DNA from: Acanthaster planci
Taxonomy: Eukaryota
Direction of reading: 5' to 3'
Length of the DNA: 64,000 nt
Assembly (NCBI RefSeq): GCF_001949145.1
Contig: NW_019091359.1
Coordinates: 3,264,431-3,328,430, forward strand
The position numbers were made by a program, and so were the translations under genes. How positions within the stretch are numbered: position 1 is the stretch's first letter; each line of letters opens with the position of its first letter. Shown here in pieces: positions 11,727 to 24,318 of this stretch. The notes beneath the pieces were generated by a model. That model was not told the origin of the DNA, searched no databases, and was given only the letters and a program-made list of their open reading frames with translations.

Positions 11727-13557
11727 TTAGGTACTCAAAGCTTAATACATACAAACTCATGACATTGGTTCTAAAAGCATTTTAAATTATTCATCAATGC
11801 ATCCTGGATCAAGGTATTTCCTAATTTTATATTTTCAAGGGTTATTTGAAATATAACTTTCTAAATGTACTTGTTTGTATATGAATAATAGCATTGTCTC
11901 AGGCAATGTGTACATGTACACTGTATTGTTAAAAACTAGAGGGTTTTACATTTTTGAAACCTGCTAGGTCGTAAATAAATGCATTGCCCAGGTCTGATAT
12001 GAGTTTTTAACATTTATTCATTATTTATGGCTAGCAAGTAGGTTGCACAACAAGTCATCTTACTGGTCTTTATAGGGAATTTTTCTTGATCTGTTTCCTA
12101 CCCAATTGTTGTTCCCAATACACCCAGTGTCCAATTCACAGGCTGCAAGTGAAAGTTCCTTAAACCGATAGTGCATCTCATGAAGTTTGTCAAGTTTTGT
12201 TTTCTCCAGTTAGTGGTTTTACATACGGAAAATAAATTAGCATTTAGGATGGCTGTTTGTGGGTTTAATCATTTCAATTCGGTTTGTCTAATTGTAATAG
12301 ATGTGTTCTTTGCATATTTTTTTCCAGCAAAGCATTTATGATAATTGTCCATGGCACAAAAAGTCTGTAATGTTCATTTTGTAAAAGAATTAATTTTATT
12401 CTGAAAAATCCAGAATGTGCAACTCTCATGGATAAATTTACATAAAACACAATGCCAGAGGTTTGAACTTGGCTTTGTACTTCATCACAGACAATGTTAG
12501 GCCACCCAGATCCATTGAAATCTACCAAGGTTTGGGAGGATTTTGTATGTTAGAGGACAACAGCACCTTACCTCTCTTACTGTACATGGGGCTTGATGCC
12601 CAAATCAATGACCAGTAAAAATAAACTTCACTTTTAAATTTCCAGTGAAATAGTACCTTTGCACTTTAATAGACAAAAAGGACATTTAGACAAAAATAAA
12701 TTTACTAAACATTTTTCAGTTGCATATGTATGACCTTCATGTTGCAATAAAAATGTTTGCCATTCGATGTTTAACATTTTGGCCTGTTTTTGGTTGTTAA
12801 TTATGAAATGCATACAGTTTCAGGAGAATCTGACTTGTGAAGCTTTCATGGAGTTTCCCGAAGAGAAAAGATGTACATGTAAACAAAATCGCAAACAAAG
12901 GTTTGCAAGGTGTAACCAACCATACATTTTTTCCACTGCAAAAAAAAGTTTACATGACTATCCGCTCGGAGCGTGACAAAAGAGGACATGTTTTGGGTAC
13001 TCACATAAGTGCGCATTTATAATCAATCAATGGCGCGTTTGACGTGGAGCATGCGAAGTATGCTTCACAAATTTATTCCTTAATGTATGGTCTTTGCGTA
13101 CAAACAGAATGCATGCAAGAACCCACTTCGAAAACTCACAACCATCTTTTGCCACTTCGGGATGCGCGTCTACTTGGGGCGGATAACTAAAAGAAAAGTT
13201 AATTTCAGATGTTTCTTATTGTTCAAACATTTAACACCCACACTGACTACAGCACTGGTCTCTTAGCCATGCAAAACTTGTCAAGAGTTTGGGCAGAACA
13301 GTCAACATTTGACAGGGATTATAGATGTTCTAGGAATCAGGCTAAAAGAGCTATATGTACAGTAACACTTCTATGCAGAGATTTTTAGTGGCTTACTCCA
13401 ATACACTTAACACAGCGACTCTAATGACTTCATGCTTTGTGAACAGGTGTGTTTCCTAGGGAAGGGAGGTGGGATGCTATCTAGTGAACCCCTATTAAAG
13501 CGCACATATAAACACAACTTGACGTCATTGTGTTTGAGGTCTATTACAAGTAAAACA

Positions 13558-14376
13558 TTACAGTGTGATGCTTGGTAATGTCACTGATTTACAAGTCAGC
13601 CTGAGCTCTTTGTGCGCCTTTGCTTGAACTCGTTTGAACCAATCATCAATGTGATCTTGGAAGTGTGGCAAGAGTGCTTCCGGAACGCTGAAGCTGTAAA
13701 TGGGATGTTCATTGACAACTTCGCTTAGCTGAGGAGTGTGTGAAGTGGTATCTATTGGGTAGGGGGGATTCGCTGAATGCTGCAGATCATCATGGTTGGC
13801 AGACACTCGGTAAACACTGAGCGGTACCATGGACAGGCAATTGGAGCAACGTTGGACGTCATGAAACCAATACACCACTGGATATCCAAGTAACACACCA
13901 AACAACGTTGAGAAGTTCCAGCCCGGTTTAGGATTCAACTCCAGAACAGTCACTGGTGTCCTGCTCAAATCTTGCAGCTGCATCATGACATCTCTAACAT
14001 GGTCCTTGATTCGTTCGACACCCTCATCATCAAGTAGTTGGGGCTGTTCAAGCTTTGCTGACACATCAACCAGCATGTGGTTGCCTCCTTCAAGAGCCCC
14101 GAGAAACTCCCCAAGCGTTTCCTGCAGAAGAGGTTTATTGGCGAGGAAAGAATCCTGTCCTAGACTTAACACCTGTAAATTCTCCTTCACAAGGAGCCCT
14201 GATACAATTAGGTCATCCACCATCTTAGACAACTCTGTGGGTTCAATACAGGAGTAGTCATACAGGAAACTTGGCTTAATTCCAGATGACACCGCCTCCA
14301 TGTCACACAAGATTTCTCTCCAGTTCTTCCTCGCTGTTCTCCCAACGTATCTTTTCATGATAAATGCAGTCTCCAT
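13558..14376 (-). CDS. C1orf74: UPF0739/DUF4504 protein (C1orf74 homolog), single coding exon, 272 aa
   Basis: Intact ORF with AVSSGIKPSFLYDY, NFSTLFGVLLGYPVVYWF, NCLSMVPL, YSFSVPEAL and C-terminal VTLPSITL, which I recognise as DUF4504. A likely 5'-UTR acceptor lies near 14406. Confidence 0.82.
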   Translation of the reverse strand: METAFIMKRYVGRTARKNWREILCDMEAVSSGIKPSFLYDYSCIEPTELSKMVDDLIVSGLLVKENLQVLSLGQDSFLANKPLLQETLGEFLGALEGGNHMLVDVSAKLEQPQLLDDEGVERIKDHVRDVMMQLQDLSRTPVTVLELNPKPGWNFSTLFGVLLGYPVVYWFHDVQRCSNCLSMVPLSVYRVSANHDDLQHSANPPYPIDTTSHTPQLSEVVNEHPIYSFSVPEALLPHFQDHIDDWFKRVQAKAHKELRLTCKSVTLPSITL

Positions 14377-14925
14377 TTTACTGTTTATAACTTATTATGT
14401 ATCACCTGCATAAACAAGGCACACAAATCAAACATTTCACAGTTCAACCAATCCTGAATAGTGAGCTACTTAGGCTTCTAGTACATGTACTATGGGATGC
14501 CAAAAACACTAAACAGGGATAAAAAAAAATTTCCTTTACCAATTAATTTGTTCATTCCAGGTTTTGTTACACTCCCTGACGTAAGGAAGACATTTATATA
14601 TGATTCTGTTTTGATATGAGTTTCGTACAAACCACATTCATACTCTTTCAGCAGAACAACAGTTGAACAAAAAGATGATTCGATCAGTTCTGAATCTATA
14701 TCGACCACATGTCTGGCGTACACAATAAATTGCGCCCTCAAGAGTTCGACAATAATTACGGAATCATGTCAGCGCTCTGAACGTGTCTTTGTTGTTCATT
14801 TATTGTTATTACTACTACATAGCCTCTAGCCCCTGGCTAGCTAGCTAGCTAGCTCCGGGCTAGTCGTGCATGAAATTAGTCGAGTACATGTAGGCCTTCA
14901 TATACTGTGTACATGAGCTAGGAAA

Positions 14926-16117
14926 ATGGCGGCGGCGGGGGACTCCACAAATGTTGAAAATTCGAAGATTGAAAATGAGGAAGATTATTCAGACTGGATG
15001 TCGAAACTACCAGAGAAACTTCTGTGTGAGCCGCTGAAAAATATTGCGATTCCTGGTAAGTTTTGCAAACTTGTTGAGTTATCATCAGCAGATCAGCTCA
15101 CTGTCGGTGTCATGACAATGAATTAAGCATGACAAGTGATGTCACTGGTCAGTTTACTCATTTTTGCTAAGTACTTTTAACAAGATTAGCCATAACCCAA
15201 GTCTATAATAAAATCAGAAGGGTAGTATTCAAATACATGAATTCTTAAGTAGTCTTTTTCTTTTCTGATTTTTTGCAGGATCACACGATTCATTTAGTTA
15301 CACTCTTGATCTCAATACGCCAGTGTCACCAAGCTCCCCCGACACTGTGCGCAATCTAGTATCAGCGTTTGGTGACATGGCCAAAAAGATTGTCTACAAA
15401 TGGTCAGTCACGCAGAGTTTGACCTTTATACAGCAGCTTGACCGTGGGATACGCTACTTTGACCTCCGTGTGTCAACCTTGAAGGGCAAGGCAGAGCTCT
15501 ATTTTGTCCATGGATTGTATGGTGCTGAGGTTGGCACCTGCATGTGTGAGATCAAATCCTGGCTGGATAAACATCCCAAAGAAGTCATCTTGCTGGATTT
15601 CAACCACCTCTATGAGATGGACAGTACTGACCATGAACAGCTTGTAGCAACTCTGTTAAGCGTATTTGACTCCAAACTGTGCCCTGTCATTGACACTGAG
15701 ACAGCCGCCCTTAATGTTCTCTGGGAGAAAGGCTGGCAGGTATTGGTGTTCTATCATCACCCGGTGACAGTAGGAGATCACCCTGAGTTGTGGTCAGGGT
15801 CATACATGCCATCTGTCTGGCCCAATGTGACTGAAGCCCCTAAGATGGTAAATCTCCTGGAGGCTCATTTCACCCGTGGTCGACCTCAGGGGAAGTTCTA
15901 TGTCAGTCAAGGTGTCTTGACCCCAACAGGGACTACCGTCTTGCAGTACATCAGCCGATCCCTGCAAGATGTCTTTGCACTCATCGCCATCAAGAATGTG
16001 CAATATTTTATGAAAGACAAGGGTATTGGGCCAAGGGGACTTAACATTGTCATTGCAGACTTTGTTGAGTTGGGGGATTTTATTCCAAGTGTTTTAGCAC
16101 TTAATCACAAGGCCTGA
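14926..16117 (+). CDS. PLCXD: PI-PLC X domain-containing protein (PLCXD2/3-like), 2 exons
   Basis: Exons 14926-15055 and 15279-16117 join into DWMSKLP...NIAIPGSHDSF...WSVTQSL...QLDRGIRYFDLRV...FVHGLY...HPKEVILLDFNH...NIVIADFV. Which vertebrate paralog is closest cannot be told here. Confidence 0.92.
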
Positions 16118-17845
16118 AAGAATTCATCAGAGAAGTGTGTTGATATTACTTCAGTGTTAATCCTTTAAATGTAATTAAAGAACATCTTGAAATCCTTTAA
16201 ATATAGTTAATTTCTTTTCTAATAGCCTACAAACACATGTATGTGTGTAAAGTTTTTTAATATCTAAAAATACAAATTTTAGAAAAAGTCACTTGTGTTA
16301 GCAGGAGCCTGAATGTTTTGAGTCATACTAATCCAAGAAGATGCCATACTGCAGTGGCGTTGCGCAAACCCCACATTCCTGATCTTGAGACCTGCGTGCT
16401 TTTGGCAAATTGCGACACCCTATTGGTCAATGTGGCAAGTCAAGCGCGCGTGTGCCACCTATTTACGCACGTGCCACCGCAGTAATAGCTTCTAATTCTG
16501 GTTCTCGAATTACACTATACCACAAAGTAAGTTCCTATCAAGTTTTGTTTAGTGTTTTGCCTAAACACATATATATATTAATTAACCTTAAATACATTTC
16601 TGATATGAATTAACTTATTTGAATATTTATTGAGATAATGACTATAAGCTATTTATTGCAGTGGTTCACCAGCTTAGTATGGCATTCCGCACAAGTATAT
16701 ACCCAAGTCACTGAAACGTTGTGCTAACTCAGAGGAAAGTGAAACAAGTTCTGAACCTGTACCCTAATGCTCCCAGATATTTCAAAATCCAACGGGGAAT
16801 CTTGAAGGATTTTGTAGGGCTGAGAAGGGTGAGGCTAGTGCGCTTACATATATGGAGCTTGCTTCTTCTGAAAGACAGCATGAAAAGTAGTTTCTTATAA
16901 TGGATTTTGAAGGATTTAGTGCATTGCCTGGTCTGAGGACTTTGATTATTTCCATGATCGATACTCAGATTTGTAAGTAAATTAAATTATTCACAGTCAC
17001 CTCACTCATCCTGTTTGTGAGAGAATTTGCCTTGCCTTCCCAGACTGCTGTTCTGTTCCCATAGTTGCTTATGATTTTATTACATTATCTTCACTGAAAT
17101 GGTACTAAATTCTTAAAAATCTAAGTTTAAGGTTAATGGATCTCAAGCATCAAATTGATACTGTGCATAAAGTTGAAGAAAAAAAGAATTTTGAATCTAC
17201 GGTCTATCCGAAAGTTTATGACTGTCACCATGAAGGTACAAATGACACTTGAGTAAGTTAAAAACATGTTCTGTATACTTTACAAATGTTTATTTTACTA
17301 GGAAACTGTGCTGTTCAACTCCTTATTGTATTTAAATTAAACTCTTAAAACATTTTTTTCCATTTCAAAAGTTGGTGGTATTTGTAACCCAATTACGGAT
17401 GTATCTCTTATCCTCTTCGCAGTTAAAACCTGTGTCTGTTCCAACAAAATTAACTTAAAAAGTAAAGGCATTGTCAAAATCCTATGAAAATGTGACATTA
17501 AATGGAAATCGTATTTCCCATTTTAAAAAAATACACGCAGTGGTATATCATAATTATAACACCATGGAGTATTTTTCTTTCCCTCCATGGTTACACTACA
17601 TCGTAAATTACCGGGGAAAAGCTGAATATTGGGAAAGCACTGGAGCTATGCACGCGCTACATGCACAGGCTGAGAACATTACGGCTACGGCTAATACATT
17701 TACAATGTACAGGACTATATACGTACATTGTGGTGTACACTGTACGTACGGGAAAGCGGTAGTAGGTAGCCGCTACCATATACCACGTGATATGTGAATG
17801 CATACGAGAGAATAATATAAAATAGTTCCGCTGGCTTGATTGTGG

Positions 17846-17918
17846 GGTCGATTAGCTCAGTCGGTAGAGCGTCGTGCTGATAACGCGAAGGTCGTGGGTT
17901 CGAGCCCCACATTGACCA
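17846..17918 (+). tRNA. tRNA-Ile, anticodon GAT
   Basis: GGTCGATTAGCTCAGTCGGTAGAGCGTCGTGCT-GAT-AACGCGAAGGTCGTGGGTTCGAGCCCCACATTGACCA; complete cloverleaf, A and B boxes, T-run terminator about 8 nt downstream. Confidence 0.92.
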
Positions 17919-18650
17919 GATCACCTTTTTTTTCTTAACTTTCACCGTGTTTTACCTTTTTTCTTAACTTTCACCGTGTTTTTGTTTGATATCTGTCGAT
18001 CATGCGGTGTTGATTCGGATAAGTACGACTGTTTTCAACCCTTTGACGACTTCTGCAAGAATACTGATAAACTTCGTGATGCGAGTCTTAAGAAAATATG
18101 GCTGATTGTGACGGGATAAACATTTGTTTATGAACGTGGAAACAAAAGGTAATACTTTTTATTTTCACTTTCATTGAAAATTTTCAATTCGTTTATGAAT
18201 TCAGAGTATTATGTAGATGTTAACAGCGTGTCTTTTCTAGTTTTGCAGTTTCACTCTAATCACCTGTGATCTCTAAATGTAATTCTTCCACGTTTTTGAC
18301 TTGGAAAGTATACTGATATGGAATTGGTATGCTGCAGAAAAAAGCGCTTTTCAGGAACAAAACAAAGGTAAGATATACCTCAAAGAGTTCCCTCAACGGA
18401 CTCTTAAATCATTTTGCTGTCAAGGGTGAAGCACAGTTGGCGTAGTCGGTAGTCCATCCGGAGGTACTTCGAGGACTTACATGTAAGTCTGAACTTGGTC
18501 TTTAGGTTTGCTTTTTCATCTTTGAGTTTTCAAAAAGTTCAGAAAAAAGCTGAATTACTCCTTTCTTGGGTCCACTGTGCATCATAAGATTTCATTGATG
18601 GGATAATTTGGCCTTGGAGTATAAAATCATTAGGGAAATGAACTACAAGT

Positions 18651-18722
18651 TTCCCACACCGGGAATCGAACCCGGGCCACGGCGGTGAGAGCGCCGGATC
18701 CTAACCACTAGACCATGTGGGA
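18651..18722 (-). tRNA. tRNA-Glu, anticodon CTC
   Basis: TCCCACATGGTCTAGTGGTTAGGATCCGGCGCT-CTC-ACCGCCGTGGCCCGGGTTCGATTCCCGGTGTGGGAA; intact cloverleaf. Confidence 0.93.
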
Positions 18723-18818
18723 GTTCGTCACGCTCCCTCTGATTACGAATTATAGAACTTATTCGGAAAAGAATAATTACGAAAGGAACCCTGAAATGAA
18801 AACAAAACAAAACCCACC

Positions 18819-18890
18819 TTCCCTCACCGAAAATCGAACCCGGGTCACGGGGGTGAGAGAACCGGATCCTAACCACTAGACCATATGAGT
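18819..18890 (-). pseudogene. Degenerate tRNA-Glu(CTC) copy
   Basis: Tandem copy of the 18651 gene with mismatches in the acceptor and anticodon stems and G-U substitutions in the T stem. Confidence 0.75.
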
Positions 18891-19348
18891 ATGACTGGCT
18901 TCTATGTTAGTAATTATTATACTTATTCAGGAATCATAGTAGTAATCCGGATAATTATTCACCTAAACGCTATGGTTCCAAATCAAATGCACGAGGTCAT
19001 GGCAGTGAAAATCAGGGTACTAACTATAATACATGTAGATGTAGCATTGTCAGAGAGTAACTTAACGAAAGGTATTTTGCAAAGGGAAGGAGGCATTTTC
19101 ATGATGTGCTAACCTAGTTCTGCCAAGGCTTTTCCTCCAGAAGGTGAAGCAGCGTCTTTCACTGTAATAGCAAGTTTGCAAATTTTCTTTATGCTTGTAC
19201 GCTTGTTTCAGGGTGACTTATTTTCAGCCAGCATGAACGCCGACATTCATTTTTCAAAGTCACACAAAATATCTCAAGATTGGAACTATCAGCCTTATTA
19301 GCGAAACGGTCTTGTGTTTAAAAATAAGATTATTAAAGTCTCCATGAC

Positions 19349-19421
19349 GGTCGGTTAGCTCAGTTGGTAGAGCGTCGTGCTGATAACGCGAAGGTCGTGG
19401 GTTCAAGCCCCATATCGACCA
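19349..19421 (+). tRNA. tRNA-Ile, anticodon GAT (second copy)
   Basis: GGTCGGTTAGCTCAGTTGGTAGAGCGTCGTGCT-GAT-AACGCGAAGGTCGTGGGTTCAAGCCCCATATCGACCA, followed directly by TTTTTT. Confidence 0.9.
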
Positions 19422-20696
19422 TTTTTTGCTCATTTAATGTGACTTTTGTTGAATCATGGAATGAAGGTTTTCCAATATTCCAAAAATATAGAATATGAAC
19501 AAAATAATGTTCTGAAACTGATAATCGAACCCTTGCTGCGACTGTGTAAGCGCTGGACCCCTGCTCCATTGTGACACTCGATGTTTTCAATTTTTTTCTT
19601 ACTAATAACAACTCGCAAGATTGAGTGAGAGATCGAATTAGGTTGTTATTAAAAAGTAGAAACGTTTGTTGTTTTACATGAATATCGAGCCCCGATGACC
19701 GTCATCATTGTTGGGGGTCTTTGTCAACCATGTATATTTACTTTTTCTATAAGAAAAATTGATTATTTTGTAAGTTTTAGCGAGTTGTGTTTTCTCTCTC
19801 ACACTGAAATTATGGTTTCATGTTGTTTCATCGTATTTGTTTTGGTATTCTGAACACAGTGAAGCTGGCACACGAAATTTCAGTTTGCATACGCCCAAAC
19901 GGCTCAAGACAAACATATTTCATTTCTTTAATACCAATTCACAATGAATGCGAAAGCAAATCGAATTGGACGTCACAAAATATTTGCAGCGAAATTTCGC
20001 CCGAGTTGATTTGCGTTCAACTTTTATGAATTCGCAATGCAAATATTTAACGTGAGCTAAAAAAAACAAAAAAATTGGCGTTCCTATATCGCTTTCGCGT
20101 GAATTATGAAGTTTCCTCTAGTTGATAAGGTTTGATAATACCCAAGAGAAGTGTCACTTCCAGCAATTGCATTAATATCAATTTCATTGGGTGTAATTTT
20201 GTTATCGCTTTTGGAAGTTTGCTGCAATTGAACTCCGATACCTTCTGTCATCAGCTACAACCCACCTTTACTGGAACAGGTCCTACTCACTAGACCACAT
20301 GGGAATGCACGTTGCAACTTTGGCCCAAAAAAGCAAATGCAATAGAAAAGTATCGGGGGGGGGTTGAACCTACATTGGTAGTCTTGGTTCCAAAACCTTC
20401 CAGTTGTTCCATGGCACCGCGAACCATCACACGTACAGTACAGGTACACTGTACATTTGTACATGCATACATCAACATGTTGCGCCCTCTGACAGTGTAC
20501 GTGTGGGGTACCGGTAATAACTACGCTGGAAGGTCTAGGAACAAAGACTACTACATTGTCCGTTCCAAAGCTGTATTTTGTGTGCAATTTTCTTTTTAAA
20601 AAGGTACCGTAGGGGGAGGCTAAATTGTCTCGATGTCGTATGTGTGCGGAGGCATGACCGTTCAGAAATATATCGGTTATTAAAAAAACGAGCACG

Positions 20697-20768
20697 TTCC
20701 CACACCGGGAATCGAACCTGAGCCACGGCGGTGAGAGCGCCGGATCCTAACCACTAGACCATATGGGA
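20697..20768 (-). tRNA. tRNA-Glu, anticodon CTC (one T-stem mismatch)
   Basis: TCCCATATGGTCTAGTGGTTAGGATCCGGCGCTCTCACCGCCGTGGCTCAGGTTCGATTCCCGGTGTGGGAA; T-run downstream on the minus strand. Confidence 0.82.
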
Positions 20769-22640
20769 ATACGATTGTTTTTTTTTTGGTTAAAAATTAA
20801 CAACTTCTTTCTTGCACACGCTCGTCAATGTGAGAAGACTGTACGTGTGACCTCTGGTGTGATTAGTATAAGCTATATCCATGTCCTCCACTGGACTGGT
20901 AATTTGTCAAAGTGCAGGAAAAGTGTAAACATTTTAGATTATGCGTTCTCTTCATCAGATTAGATGACCCCAATCGAACGTGTTCGATAAAAGCATACCG
21001 CCGTCGAATGTTCCCGTCGGTTAGAATAAAGGCCTTCTGAATCTGCAGGTACAATATTGAGATAGGCCTATGCACTTAAGATGATGGTATTGTATTAGTT
21101 TACATGCATGTATTGCCAGTATCCTTTGAGTGTACTTTAATCAGACGTGCAGCATCAGGTATTCTTTGTTAATTATTCCATCCAGCGTTTAAGTTTAACT
21201 TTCATGTCTTTTCTTCCCGGGGTTAATCTGTTACTCTCTGGGGTGTCTGCCANNNNNNNNNNNNNNNNNNNNNNNNNNNNNNNNNNNNNNNNNNNNNNNN
21301 NNNNNNNNNNNNNNNNNNNNNNNNNNNNNNNNNNNNNNNNNNNNNNNNNNNNNNNNNNNNNNNNNNNNNNNNNNNNNNNNNNNNNNNNNNNNNNNNNNNN
21401 NNNNNNNNNNNNNNNNNNNNNNNNNNNNNNNNNNNNNNNNNNNNNNNNNNNNNNNNNNNNNNNNNNNNNNNNNNNNNNNNNNNNNNNNNNNNNNNNNNNN
21501 NNNNNNNNNNNNNNNNNNNNNNNNNNNNNNNNNNNNNNNNNNNNNNNNNNNNNNNNNNNNNNNNNNNNNNNNNNNNNNNNNNNNNNNNNNNNNNCCGGCC
21601 GATACTGTAATTAGGAACATCTAGAGAATTGGATGGATGACGGCGGCATTCCAGGGCGTTTAACGTCTTCTTTTATACATGTAAATTTTGAAAACGAGAC
21701 TATCCAGCTCCGTACCCAGCAGCGTATTATTTTAATAACACAACATAATCGGGATACACCATGTACTTTCCTATGGTAAAATTGTTTCATTGCCAATCAG
21801 TAAAAGGAGACTATTCGTAGAGGCTCGTGGTAGCTTCCCCTTTTGAAATGTCGGACTTAACTTCCCTTTGAGTTTGCAAAAAAAAAAATTCAAAGCCACA
21901 ATTATAGCCTTTATTTAAGCAGTGGCGTAACTAGGCCTAAATTCACGGGAGGGGGACACCAGGGGTGCAATTTTATTCAAGGGGATACTATAAGAAAATA
22001 AACTACAGTTGCATTTCAATGGAGACTTCAAAGATTTCAAATGGTGAGGGAGGCATGGGGGTATACCTCACCCCGTTGGTTACGCCATAGCGTACGTGTG
22101 ACGCGTGTTCTGTATAAAAAAGGCCCAAGACATCATGTTCGTGCACATGTACACTTTCCTTTAGGGGCCTGGATGGATCTTGTCACTAACGTGTAAAAGT
22201 TATGTAAAAAAAGCTTGTCACATTTGTTAAAGGTCTGTTATCATGATGAATTTTTAATGCAAGTCAGATGAGATATGGATGGACGAATCTGAGTTTTACA
22301 AGGGAGAGATTATCTTTAGTTTGACGCTCCTAGAACTAGAAACTCACGGGAGTGTACTTGTATCTTTGAGAATTCGAAGTTTTGAGTTACCAAGGAATTT
22401 CGAGGTGTATGATTTTTCCCTGTGACATGTATTACCATAACGGTTAAAATATAAAAACTGTTGGACGTCTTGTAAAGGAATGCTATTGATTTATTCATAA
22501 AGAATAGAGTGGGTGAATTTTGTTGGCATCTTAGTTTTCCCGTCTACACACAAATTGAAATTGTTTTCAAATTGTTTAATCGCTTTTGAAAGTTTAGTGT
22601 CTGCTTGATGGCTTAAATAAAAACCTAAGCAAAATTTTCA

Positions 22641-22657
22641 TGCCGGAACCCGGGATT

Positions 22658-22706
<49 letters not shown>

Positions 22707-22713
22707 CTCCGGC
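22641..22713 (-). tRNA. tRNA-Phe, anticodon GAA
   Basis: GCCGGAGTAGCTCAGTTGGGAGAGCGTCAGACT-GAA-GATCTGAAGGTCCCTGGTTCAATCCCGGGTTCCGGCA. Confidence 0.93.
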
Positions 22714-24245
22714 CGATACAGTAATTAGGAACATCTAGAGATTTGGATAAATGACGGCGGCATTTCAGGGCGTTTAACGTCTTGTTTTATAAATGTAGAT
22801 ATAGAAAACTAGACTATCCAGCTTCGTACCCAGCAGCGTATTGTTTTTTATTCAAATATAAAAACTGTTGGACNNNNNNNNNNNNNNNNNNNNNNNNNNN
22901 NNNNNNNNNNNNNNNNNNNNNNNNNNNNNNNNNNNNNNNNNNNNNNNNNNNNNNNNNNNNNNNNNNNNNNNNNNNNNNNNNNNNNNNNNNNNNNNNNNNN
23001 NNNNNNNNNNNNNNNNNNNNNNNNNNNNNNNNNNNNNNNNNNNNNNNNNNNNNNNNNNNNNNNNNNNNNNNNNNNNNNNNNNNNNNNNNNNNNNNNNNNN
23101 NNNNNNNNNNNNNNNNNNNNNNNNNNNNNNNNNNNNNNNNNNNNNNNNNNNNNNNNNNNNNNNNNNNNNNNNNNNNNNNNNNNNNNNNNNNNNNNNNNNN
23201 NNNNNNNNNNNNNNNNNNNNNNNNNNNNNNNNNNNNNNNNNNNNNNNNNNNNNNNNNNNNNNNNNNNNNNNNNNNNNNNNNNNNNNNNNNNNNNNNNNNN
23301 NNNNNNNNNNNNNNNNNNNNNNNAAGTATTTTCCTATGGTAAAATTGTTTCATTGCCATTCAGAAAAAGGAGACTATTCGTAGAGGCTCGTGGAAGCTTC
23401 GCCTTTTGAAATGTCGGACTTAACTTCCCTTTGAAAAAACTTCTTTCAAACGCCATGATTATAGCCTTCAGTGGTGTCACTATAGGGATAATTTTTTGGG
23501 GGGGTTGCACCTGGGGTTCACACATTTTTTTCAAGGGGATACCACAAGAAAATAAACTGCAGCTGGATTTCAACGGATTCACAGATTCAAATGGGGTGGG
23601 GGAGGCACCTCGGGGAGGGTGCACGGGCATCCGCTGGAAGGGGCACGTGCCTTCCCCCTCCGTTACGCCACTGTGTTCAAATAAGGTTTCCCCGACGCTT
23701 GTTGTGTAAAAAAAAACGTTCACATGTACATTTTCTTTTAGGGGCCTCGGTGGATCGTGTCACTGAAGTGTAAAATATATGTAAGCAAAGCTTTTCACAT
23801 TACCTTAAAGGTCTATTATTATGAAAATATTTCAATACAAGTCAGATTCGCTGTGGATGGGCGAATCTGACTTTTACAAAGAACAGATTATCCTCAGTTT
23901 TGAGTAACTTACCAAGGAATTTGGAAGTCGGAAAATAGACTTCAGAAACGAAAAGGGCATGCTAAAGTATTTTTCGACTTGCACTCATCAGAACATATAC
24001 ATTTATATACAATAGAATGACATTTGACGCTAATCGACAAAGCTTATAAGGCTAGAAAACACGATTTTGTAGTACCAAGCATCGATTCTAAGTTGGAAGT
24101 ATACAGGGGGTGTATTCTGTGTTGCGCGTGTTCAACCACGACGGTTATATTAAACTGTTAGATGTCTTGTAAATAGAATGGCTATTGATTTATTCCTTTT
24201 AAAAAGCAAATTCTGTTTCCATCTTAGTTTTGCGTAAAACGTCAA

Positions 24246-24318
24246 TGCCAGAACCCGGGATCGAACCGGGAACCTTCAGAGTTTCAGTCTGATGCTCTCC
24301 CAATTGAGCTATTCCGGC
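24246..24318 (-). tRNA. Divergent tRNA-Phe(GAA) variant or pseudogene
   Basis: GCCGGAATAGCTCAATTGGGAGAGCATCAGACTGAAACTCTGAAGGTTCCCGGTTCGATCCCGGGTTCTGGCA; stems still pair, but D-loop and positions 37-38 differ from the other copies. Confidence 0.7.

Noticed and set aside
13985..14257. Antisense ORFs over C1orf74 (likewise over PLCXD, the GPCR and ACTR8 exons)
   Set aside because: Shadow frames of real coding sequence with no independent support.
19515..19585. Additional tRNA on the minus strand (GGTTCGATT B-box-like motif)
   Set aside because: No consistent cloverleaf; at most a decayed tRNA or SINE relic.
21147..23383. Long ORFs containing X runs (also 43356-44091)
   Set aside because: Artefacts of translating through N gaps.
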